Assembly (NCBI GenBank): GCA_048882385.1 | Contig: JBHLRQ010000045.1 | Span: 1-23,955, forward strand | Direction of reading: 5' to 3' | Source of the DNA: Candidatus Thorarchaeota archaeon | Lineage (GTDB): Archaea; Asgardarchaeota; Thorarchaeia; Thorarchaeales; Thorarchaeaceae | DNA: 23,955 nt | In this document: positions 16,242-23,955 of the stretch, in pieces | Position numbering within the stretch: the stretch's first letter is position 1 | Layout of the letters: each line of letters begins with the position of its first letter | Position numbers and translations under genes: made by a program | Notes under the pieces: model-generated | Databases searched by the model: none | Seen by the model: the letters and a program-made list of their open reading frames with translations, nothing else | What the model was told of the DNA's origin: nothing

Positions 16242-17504
16242 CTAGTGTGGATCCCGAAGATATTCCTGATATCGGTGATATAGAACGTAGAGAATCGTTA
16301 GCCAAATTGGAATTATAGGATCGAAACCAAGGAGTAGATAGTGGATCAATATTCCAATCGTAAAGAAAGCAAGCAGATTATTTGCTCCGGACCATAGAAT
16401 GTCCATATTTCGATCATCAGCCTTAGAATTAAATAATTCGAGCATTGATGGAGCCATAAATGCATACCAGACTGCTAGAAATAGGAACCACGAATCTGGA
16501 TAGACCAAAAGTATGAGGAAAGTCATGTCTGTGAAATGATGAAGATAGTTCTTCTTTCCGGAAGGTGTTCTTACAAACTTAGTATAGCTCCTCAGAAAAA
16601 TGAACCCACCCAGGATTACGATGATGCCAATTTGGATAAAGAAGGTGTCTGTTAATGGAATAAACACCAGAATGAGTTTTGTAAGACTCGTACTATGCTG
16701 TCCTGTCAGTTCTTCGAATAGATTCACCTCAATGAGTCCATTGAATGATGCTGGATAGACAATGAAATACAGGATGTTGGGAACCATGCTAAGGAGAAAT
16801 CCAACTAGTGCTCCTGTGCATTGTTTGACAGGGAATGTGAATTGAAAGCGACCCGTCATCGTTAATGGAAACAAGAATGGGAGGAATAAGAGGAAGAAAG
16901 GTTTCAGAGTAGTAGCCACTCCAATTAGTAAACCTGTCAGAATGCAGCATTTCCATGATTTTTGTGAAGATTGAAGGAGAAATAGTGCAAGTAGACTAAA
17001 GAGGATTGCCAGCTGAGTGATCTGTCCAAAAATGATATTGACGATATGTTGAGGTGCAATGAATACAAAGAGGAGTGTTTTCTCAAAGTTCTTTGTCGTT
17101 GCTGTGACTCCTCTTTGTAGACTTACTTGGAAAATAAGGTAAACTATTCCAACGTTGCAAAGCATCATCAAGGAAATGTTGACCAAATATAGACTAACCA
17201 TTGGTGCACCAACGAATAGTGCTGTGAACATAGCAAAAGATGGAAAATATCTGAATGGTAGTCCATTGGGATTTACAGTATAGATATCCGCAGGTGAATT
17301 CACAAACTCCAAACCTGCTTCGTAGAAGACTCGAAAATCAACGGTAAAGACTGTATCTAAGTAAGTTCCTTGAAGAAACAGGAAGAAAAATCCTGTAATG
17401 ACACCAATGTAGTAGATGAGATTGAAGGCCAGACCAATCTTGAGCAAGCGTGAACTTCTGAAGTAATCCATGAAAGACGGATTAGCTTCAAAGTGATCCT
17501 TCAC
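16242..17504 (-). CDS. GT-C fold membrane glycosyltransferase, GT87/DUF2029-like
   Basis: VDFRVFYEAG, PFRYFPSFAMF, FGQITQL and TLKPFFLL, with about 10 TM helices. GTG at 17504 overlaps the upstream TGA (GTGA). ATG 17471 is an alternative start. Confidence 0.78.
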   Translation of the reverse strand: MKDHFEANPSFMDYFRSSRLLKIGLAFNLIYYIGVITGFFFLFLQGTYLDTVFTVDFRVFYEAGLEFVNSPADIYTVNPNGLPFRYFPSFAMFTALFVGAPMVSLYLVNISLMMLCNVGIVYLIFQVSLQRGVTATTKNFEKTLLFVFIAPQHIVNIIFGQITQLAILFSLLALFLLQSSQKSWKCCILTGLLIGVATTLKPFFLLFLPFLFPLTMTGRFQFTFPVKQCTGALVGFLLSMVPNILYFIVYPASFNGLIEVNLFEELTGQHSTSLTKLILVFIPLTDTFFIQIGIIVILGGFIFLRSYTKFVRTPSGKKNYLHHFTDMTFLILLVYPDSWFLFLAVWYAFMAPSMLELFNSKADDRNMDILWSGANNLLAFFTIGILIHYLLLGFDPIIPIWLTILYVLYHRYQEYLRDPH

Positions 17505-18067
17505 CAAACTGGAACACCCCAAATAAACGCTTCAGCGATTAGTAGCGAAACTCCTGAAGAAACAAGGAGCCCAATAATAAGAACAGCTTGGGGCCATTTG
17601 TATCGTTTGGTTACTCTCACGTCAAGAAAGAAGAACGGGAGATACAGTATAACTATAATCAGTGCCATAAGGATAAGATAGGGCGGCTCAATATAGTTCC
17701 GGGCACCCATAAAGATCATGTAAATGGCCAACAAAACAACAGGGGGATGAAGGGTAAGTCTCTCAATAAAACCCCAACGCCAACTATTAGCCCAGTGATC
17801 CTGTGATTTGAACCTACGCATGAAATTAACATCCCAAATTGATGTAACAAGCAGAATGGGAAAAGCTACCATGACCATTACATTGAATGGCCAAAATCTA
17901 AGTTCGAAGACTAGGGCAAGACATGCGTAATATGAGAAGAAACGACTAAAGTACCGACGTCTGAACTCAAGTTCTTTTCTCAGTTTGACCTCGACTATCC
18001 ATATGCGGAATAGAAGAAATCCAATGCCTAGTAATGAGATGATCAAGATTTCAACCTCGGTTTTCAA
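17501..18067 (-). CDS. Hypothetical polytopic membrane protein
   Basis: 188 aa, about 5-6 hydrophobic segments, TTG start 11 nt after the peptidase stop, coupled to the glycosyltransferase. Confidence 0.7.
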   Translation of the reverse strand: MKTEVEILIISLLGIGFLLFRIWIVEVKLRKELEFRRRYFSRFFSYYACLALVFELRFWPFNVMVMVAFPILLVTSIWDVNFMRRFKSQDHWANSWRWGFIERLTLHPPVVLLAIYMIFMGARNYIEPPYLILMALIIVILYLPFFFLDVRVTKRYKWPQAVLIIGLLVSSGVSLLIAEAFIWGVPVW

Positions 18068-18078
18068 ACTGATGGGGA

Positions 18079-19272
18079 TTACTCTAAAATAAGGCTCTCC
18101 AAATCACGAGGATATTTTGTGAGGACGTCGATTCCATCATCAGTTACAACGAATGTATCACTATGACGGAATCCGCCCAAACCTCTCTCATATATTCCAG
18201 GTTCACAAGAGAAAATCATACCAGGTTGTAGAGTGTCCTCTGAACCCAGGTCCAAGAAAGGACGCTCATGACCTTCCATTCCCAAAGCATGTCCGGTATG
18301 ATGTCTGACAAGATGAATCACTCCATGATCTTTGAATGCCTGTCGAGCTGCTTTATCAACATCTGAACAATAGACACCAGGACCTGCTGCTTTAAGCGCT
18401 GCATCTTGAGCAGATAACATAGCTTCAAACAGTTTCTTCTGTTTCTTATCGGGCTCACCCATGAACATTGTTCGTTCAAGTTCAGACTGAACTCCGTAGA
18501 CATCAGATGATGCACCTGTGACAAGAGTGTCACCTTTATTGAAAATGAGTCCTCTTGATAATGCATGTGGGAAATATGAGTTTGGACCTATCTGACCTCT
18601 ATATAGAGCAATAGCAGGGAATAATGAGAACCCTGTTGGTCTATAGTCATCACCAAGCTCCGACACCATGTCTTGAGACCCACGTGTACTTGCCCGAATA
18701 GTCACGTCAATCTCGTTTGCACCAACTTCAGTGAATTCTTGGAGATACTTGTGAGCTCTGTCAGCCCACTTTGAAGATTCTTTCATCAACTCGATTTCTT
18801 CAGGTTCCTTAATCACCCGCATGTCCATGACTATATCAGGGAGGAGTTTGAATTTCAATCCAGTAATCTCTTCAAGAGTGGGTCCTTTATATCCCCAATA
18901 CCCTGGAGCACCTGCTGCTTCAGAAGCCACCTTTGCGGGACTTGCTTTGATCTCCATCATGAGAACACGTTGGAAATGTTTCATTGGATGGGTTTCGTCA
19001 GGATACTCAAAATATGAAAAGATCTCCGAAGCAAATGGAACTTGATGTCTAATATGATCAATCTCGAGAGATGGAACGAAGAAACTTATTTCACCTTTGT
19101 GAAGAATGAGAACTATTGGTCGTTCAGTAGGAATAAATGAGAGTCCTGTAAGGTAGAATATATTCTTGGCGTTGAATACAAGGAAGGTTTCCACATCTTG
19201 TTCATACAATTGAGTCTGAAGATTCTCTATCCGTTTCTTATGTTGCTCAGGCGAGAGACAAGTTCGGCTCAT
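18079..19272 (-). CDS. M24 (pita-bread fold) Xaa-Pro peptidase/creatinase-family hydrolase
   Basis: Creatinase-N-like NIFYLTG, RVIKEPEEIELM, HHTGHALGMEGHE, EPGIY, GGFRHSDT. Confidence 0.88.
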   Translation of the reverse strand: MSRTCLSPEQHKKRIENLQTQLYEQDVETFLVFNAKNIFYLTGLSFIPTERPIVLILHKGEISFFVPSLEIDHIRHQVPFASEIFSYFEYPDETHPMKHFQRVLMMEIKASPAKVASEAAGAPGYWGYKGPTLEEITGLKFKLLPDIVMDMRVIKEPEEIELMKESSKWADRAHKYLQEFTEVGANEIDVTIRASTRGSQDMVSELGDDYRPTGFSLFPAIALYRGQIGPNSYFPHALSRGLIFNKGDTLVTGASSDVYGVQSELERTMFMGEPDKKQKKLFEAMLSAQDAALKAAGPGVYCSDVDKAARQAFKDHGVIHLVRHHTGHALGMEGHERPFLDLGSEDTLQPGMIFSCEPGIYERGLGGFRHSDTFVVTDDGIDVLTKYPRDLESLILE

Positions 19273-19381
19273 AATGGTCCACTACTCCAGATTTTTCTTA
19301 CAACTGCTTCAGAGCAATAAAGCTTGTGAGAAGACGAATTGTCACTAATTGGTACGACCAGAAGAGGTTTGAGGAAGTGAA

Positions 19382-21619
19382 TCACATACCTGCTGATTGT
19401 AAACGAATGGTGAATAAGCGACCCTCACACTCATCCACTCTTTCATATCTATCAACTTTGAAATGACCATTCAGAGATTTCGTCATAAGTTTAGCTGCTG
19501 TAAGACCTAGCGTTCCACTACTATATTCTTGTTCAGCTTCTATGTTTCTTCCCATAGCTTTGATTTCAATCTGCCAGTAATCTTCTCCTGATATTCTGAC
19601 AGATTCAAGATCGATTTTAACAGATTCTCCTCTTAGACGACATTCCAAAGCACTGTAAAATATGTTCAAGAAAATATGCACAAGGAGATCATTGGCCATG
19701 ACGAATGCTTTTGCTTGTTCAGGGTGAAACTCTATAGTCAACTCTCCAGATCCAACTCTTTGGGTAAACAAATCCAATGAAGACACAATGGTTGAAACAA
19801 GATTAGTTGGTTCAAGTTTAGACTGTTCAAGGTTATCGGTTTCACTAAGAAGACGGACATTGGCAATCAATTGTTCTGAGAATGTGATGACTTGACAACC
19901 ATCATCAGCTAGACGTTGTCTTTGATCATCCGAGATTTCCTCGGATCCTAGGAGCTCGAGTGTTGTCATAACCATCTGGTTGTAATTACTAACATCGTGC
20001 ATAAGCAGGTCTGCGTACAAGCTCGCTCGATTATGTGAGTATTGTACATCCCTCATCGCTCTTACATACAACCAGATTAGAAGTGGAGGTCCAGCAAGAA
20101 GCCCTATGAAGAGAAGGATTTCTGATACCCACCACCCGGTAGACCAAGTTGTATAGTAGCTTTTCAGAATATTAGGAAGAACCCACATCCCTAGAAAGAA
20201 GACAACATACATCTCAACTGGCGGTTTTCCTCGAGAGCCATCCGAAAGAAGGAAGATAAGATAGGTGAATGCAAACATGATGACAAGATTTGTCCCTAAT
20301 ATGAGACTAGCTCCGTAGAGACTCTCTTCCAGTTCAGGATACACGCTCAACGTGATTTGATTCATTGTTTCTGCAGCTACAACCAATATCGTGAATACCG
20401 ATGTATAGGCAGCATAATCGAGGAGCGAAGGTGTTTCCTTTCCAGTCCTTGGATACATTGTCCAGCGGATTGCAAGTATAAGCAAAACCAGAGTTAATGC
20501 GCTCCCAACTACAACTGGAGTTATTGGCTCTCCTCGAAGAGTTACGGATGGAAAGGCAAAGACAAAAACAAGTAAGAATGACACCACAGCCCAAAGACTG
20601 AAAATCAGGACTAAAGGGACATGAACCCAAACTGATTCCTTTTTTGGATAGATATAGAGAAGAACCGCCATTGTGGCAGAAAGTGATGCCGCTCCAATGT
20701 GGATAATCGAATAGGCAAGAAAATTCAGAGGTTGGAGGATAATTATTAGTGCCAATGACTCGAATATTATTGTAAGCAGGAATGGTAGATATGCCATCAA
20801 CAGAAGACCAATAGTAATGGTATACGCAAATCGTCTTCGAAAACCAGACATTTTGAGAAAAGACACACCTAGAGAAATACAAATCAGAAGATATGCAGCC
20901 ATTTGCAAAGTTTCAGCCAATTCCCAATTTATTGAAGGATTTGACAAGTTTTGTATACTAGCTACCGAAGCCGCACCAAGTAAGAGTGTGGCACTTGCAA
21001 GGTATCCTTGATCAATCGGAATAGAACTTCTTTTAATTCCCAAGACAAGAATGGACGATAGCAAATAGGTTGCAACAGCTACTATGCCTATTATGTAGCT
21101 AATCGAAATTACCAGACTCAGTGAAAGATATGGAATACTCATCCATACTATAGCATGAAGAATCAATGGAATGAAAAGGAAACCTACGAGAAGCAGTCTA
21201 TTGGAAACAGCCTGAGCTTCATTAGTCGATTCTCTTCGGATGCAAATAATAGCCCCCATAAAAGAAACACCAATCAGGGAAAATTCGAGAAGATCACCAA
21301 CGGTATCAGAAAGTACTCTTTCAATATACGGTTCTGAAAGTACAAGCATGTTTTTTGCAGCACTTCCAATATGAATTACAAGGGTATAGACAAAAGCAGA
21401 AATCAACAAGATTTTCGATCTAAGTCTTTCCTTTTGAAATGCGAGTAACACAAGTGCCAATGGAATGGATATCCAGAAAGCTAGAAGAGAGTGAACTCCT
21501 ACTCGGGTTTCAGGAGTATATGAAACAATTCCTCCTGGACCAATAGCAAAGAGTATGGCAAATACAGCAAGAGGTACAAGTACCAATACTTTCACCATTG
21601 CTCGCTGTTTACCTTGCAT
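19382..21619 (-). CDS. Large polytopic membrane sensor with histidine-kinase-like C-terminus (degenerate ATPase domain)
   Basis: More than 14 TM segments followed by the H-box YADLLMHDVSNYNQ. N/G boxes are degenerate. Start is uncertain (TTG 21640, ATG 21619 or ATG 21598). Confidence 0.75.
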   Translation of the reverse strand: MQGKQRAMVKVLVLVPLAVFAILFAIGPGGIVSYTPETRVGVHSLLAFWISIPLALVLLAFQKERLRSKILLISAFVYTLVIHIGSAAKNMLVLSEPYIERVLSDTVGDLLEFSLIGVSFMGAIICIRRESTNEAQAVSNRLLLVGFLFIPLILHAIVWMSIPYLSLSLVISISYIIGIVAVATYLLSSILVLGIKRSSIPIDQGYLASATLLLGAASVASIQNLSNPSINWELAETLQMAAYLLICISLGVSFLKMSGFRRRFAYTITIGLLLMAYLPFLLTIIFESLALIIILQPLNFLAYSIIHIGAASLSATMAVLLYIYPKKESVWVHVPLVLIFSLWAVVSFLLVFVFAFPSVTLRGEPITPVVVGSALTLVLLILAIRWTMYPRTGKETPSLLDYAAYTSVFTILVVAAETMNQITLSVYPELEESLYGASLILGTNLVIMFAFTYLIFLLSDGSRGKPPVEMYVVFFLGMWVLPNILKSYYTTWSTGWWVSEILLFIGLLAGPPLLIWLYVRAMRDVQYSHNRASLYADLLMHDVSNYNQMVMTTLELLGSEEISDDQRQRLADDGCQVITFSEQLIANVRLLSETDNLEQSKLEPTNLVSTIVSSLDLFTQRVGSGELTIEFHPEQAKAFVMANDLLVHIFLNIFYSALECRLRGESVKIDLESVRISGEDYWQIEIKAMGRNIEAEQEYSSGTLGLTAAKLMTKSLNGHFKVDRYERVDECEGRLFTIRLQSAGM

Positions 21620-21774
21620 AGTGACCCAAATCCGTAACAAGTTACAGCACTTAAGACAGTGAAAAGAGTTTCTTGAGTGGAATCAGGTGTAAATACAACT
21701 CTGTCAAACTAAATGATATATTCGAAGTTAATTCATATTAGCAAAAAACTCTCTAACAATAGGAGGTTTCAGTT

Positions 21775-22665
21775 GTGGAAAAAGAAGTTAGCATATACAA
21801 CTTCTGTCCTTGTTTCAAAGACTTTGAGGGAGAACTAATTTGTCTAAATGACGACAGTCTTTGTGACATTGAACACTCGATTTTTGCAGCTGATATCCTA
21901 AATCAGGAAGCAACTTTGGAACTAGTCAAACAATTTGAAATAAAGGATGGTCATACTTGTTACTCGTCAGTTTACACGCATGATGGTTATACATATTGTT
22001 CATCTCAAGGAAATAAAATTCAAATTCACAAGGAGGATATAACCTCAGAAATGCTTCAACAGTCCATTAAACTCTACTCTCTAGGACCGACTGAAATCAC
22101 AGTGGATTGTGCCTCCTGCATCTATGGAATCCTCCTTGCACTTGTCTTAGCTCAAGACCAGGCATCAATCAAACGTTATCTTGATGAGTTTTCTCAGAGA
22201 GTAGCTATTAGCTTCACTGAAATGGAACTTGATGAGATTGATGAATCGGCTTCATATTTTGAAACAGTTCAGGCGTACCTTGTTAAACTCTTGGAGGATC
22301 AGTATTATTGGGAGGAGGTTCATGGTCAGCTCATAGAAAAAGGAGAGCCTGAATCATTAGTGGAACTTGTTAACAAAATGGAGATGTTGGATCGTTACCA
22401 ATTTCAGTTCTATAGTCAGGTCCTCAACATAAGAAGTATGCATAACTCAAGGATTCTTGTTCGTATGTTATCACATATTCTTCGTACTTCTAAGAACATT
22501 CTCGATCTTAATGAGGAGATTCATTCACTCGTTGCAACAAACTCGATCGGGGGATATGATCAAGACGTTGTACTCATCTCAAAAATTGAGGATTATATGG
22601 AGAAAAGTAGAACAATTGACCATTTCTTTGGTAATATTGCTGATATTATGAAAGGAACATCTTAA
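21775..22665 (+). CDS. Hypothetical protein (Cys-rich N-terminus, acidic helical C-terminus)
   Basis: 296-aa ORF with a GTG start preceded by a strong SD AGGAGGT (21761-21767). No family recognised. Confidence 0.7.
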   Translation: MEKEVSIYNFCPCFKDFEGELICLNDDSLCDIEHSIFAADILNQEATLELVKQFEIKDGHTCYSSVYTHDGYTYCSSQGNKIQIHKEDITSEMLQQSIKLYSLGPTEITVDCASCIYGILLALVLAQDQASIKRYLDEFSQRVAISFTEMELDEIDESASYFETVQAYLVKLLEDQYYWEEVHGQLIEKGEPESLVELVNKMEMLDRYQFQFYSQVLNIRSMHNSRILVRMLSHILRTSKNILDLNEEIHSLVATNSIGGYDQDVVLISKIEDYMEKSRTIDHFFGNIADIMKGTS

Positions 22666-22929
22666 TTGGCTATATCAAATCAAAGACCTGTCTGATTGCA
22701 TGGGTACCGGAAAAAAATCTCGTTTCTCTCATTTTTGACACAATGTACTATTTTTGAAACTGCGATGACTGAAGTAAGACAAATAAGCTAACTTGATTAT
22801 CATATTTTGGGAGGGAAATTCGTCAAGCAATCTATTGCGATCAAAACACATACGGTTATTGCTGAATGTGACCATGGAATCGATTTCCCTCTAGAGAGAG
22901 TCCAAACCACTGATAGAGGAATATTTCCA

Positions 22930-23955
22930 ATGAAGAGCAGAGGTCTCACACTTTGTTTTTCTACCTGTTATATAGTGGTCCTGCTATTAGGTTTTGGTGG
23001 TAATGTTTCGTACTCAAATTATGTTGACATGGGATTGATTAGATTTCAGAGAGACCACTTTCTGTCTTCATCGCTTGAGCAATATGTGGAAAACAACCTC
23101 TCAGATGTAGATGGTATGGGATCACTAGGGACTCATTCAAATTTCGCGAGCCAGCAAGCTGGACCTGATGCAACAGTAGATGTACTCACTGAAGAGAATA
23201 CGGAACCGATTCCTACTGATGCGGAGGACGATTATGATAGTTACGTTAGCGATGTTGACTCAACACCTGATGTAGGAACGGAAACAAATCCTACGAATGC
23301 ACAAGGATCTTCTCTTGATTTCCAATATATGACGCTTCAAGAGGAGGATACAGGAGCACCCTACCAATCTACATGGCTTGATACTGATCAGTATGATGGA
23401 CTTGTTGAGTCTAGTCTAACAACTGTTGGCACTTCCCCCTACCTTGATGTTCAGGATTATCCCACTAACTATGTAAGCACAAAAACACCAGGATCTCAAG
23501 GAGGATGGTGGCAATTCCCCAATACAACATTGACTGGAGAACTAACAGTAAATGTGTCAATCTATTGTTGGAATGTAGATGGTACTAATGATGATGGGTT
23601 TGATGTATACTATGACACATCTGGTGGTCCGGGTACACTCATAGGAAGAGTTGGGCAACACACAACACTACAATATGATGTATTGCCCATCTCTGGAACT
23701 TTCACGCAATCTCAGGTAGATTCACTTCGGATAATGCTGGTATTATACAAAAGTGGCGGTGCGGACTATGTTTATGCAGATCATATCCGCATCGGAGTTA
23801 GCTCCCCCAGTGTGACGAACTATGATGCAGATTTCGAGTATAGTTGGAATACTGCTGATAGTGACGAGAGTCATGAGGAGGTATGCATTAATATTGGAAC
23901 GATTGGGGGGACGGAGGATCTCAATGTAAGCTATTGGGATGGCAGCGGCTGGACC
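22930..23955 (+). CDS. Secreted acidic surface protein, 3'-truncated (not in the supplied ORF track)
   Basis: Own translation from ATG 22930 gives 342 open codons to the window end: MKSRGLTLCFSTCYIVVLLLGFGG (signal/TM)...YVENNLSDVDG...SYWDGSGWT. D/T/S/G-rich with several N-x-S/T sequons. Confidence 0.85.
   Translation, partial: MKSRGLTLCFSTCYIVVLLLGFGGNVSYSNYVDMGLIRFQRDHFLSSSLEQYVENNLSDVDGMGSLGTHSNFASQQAGPDATVDVLTEENTEPIPTDAEDDYDSYVSDVDSTPDVGTETNPTNAQGSSLDFQYMTLQEEDTGAPYQSTWLDTDQYDGLVESSLTTVGTSPYLDVQDYPTNYVSTKTPGSQGGWWQFPNTTLTGELTVNVSIYCWNVDGTNDDGFDVYYDTSGGPGTLIGRVGQHTTLQYDVLPISGTFTQSQVDSLRIMLVLYKSGGADYVYADHIRIGVSSPSVTNYDADFEYSWNTADSDESHEEVCINIGTIGGTEDLNVSYWDGSGWT

Noticed and set aside
19928-19946. 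Inverted repeat ATCCGAG-N5-CTCGGAT
   Set aside because: Lies inside a CDS; a single 7-bp stem is expected by chance in 24 kb.
20334-20882. 182-aa alternative-frame ORF inside the large sensor gene
   Set aside because: Fully nested in a longer well-supported CDS, with no motifs and the composition of a shadow frame.
22666-22929. 264-nt intergenic region examined for ncRNA, tRNA or repeats
   Set aside because: Only short palindromes (e.g. CTCTAGAG) and A/T tracts; no cloverleaf, array or long stem.
1-23955. CRISPR arrays, IS elements, integrases, rRNA/tRNA
   Set aside because: No regularly spaced repeats, transposase/integrase motifs or structural RNA signatures were seen by eye.

Overview
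Gene-dense, AT-rich archaeal-type chromosomal window with about 19 CDSs, two of them cut off by the window edges. The gene repertoire (archaeal-type histidine kinases, Tat-less reductive-dehalogenase-like protein, membrane-anchored wHTH, acidic surface glycoproteins, TATA-like boxes) suggests an Asgard (Thorarchaeota-like) or Bathyarchaeota-like host; this is inference only. In order: 5'-truncated SplB-like radical SAM protein (+); a minus-strand run (read right to left) of membrane-anchored wHTH regulator, ABC ATPase, ABC permease, sensor histidine kinase, MFS transporter, small ORF (possibly frameshifted) and TrmO/TsaA; a plus-strand block of a divergent orphan UvrA, a tandem two-domain nucleotidyltransferase, an Fe-S aldo/keto reductase and a RdhA/QueG-like protein; then minus-strand genes for an acidic surface protein, a GT87-like glycosyltransferase, a membrane protein, an M24 hydrolase with a degenerate metal site and a large polytopic degenerate histidine kinase; finally a hypothetical protein and a 3'-truncated surface protein missing from the ORF track. 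No rRNA, tRNA, CRISPR array or transposase was seen. The best candidate for an undescribed system is the uvrA-like + tandem nucleotidyltransferase pair. The first NTase module has N-x-N in place of the catalytic D-x-D, the second is intact, and the pair is preceded by a structured leader.
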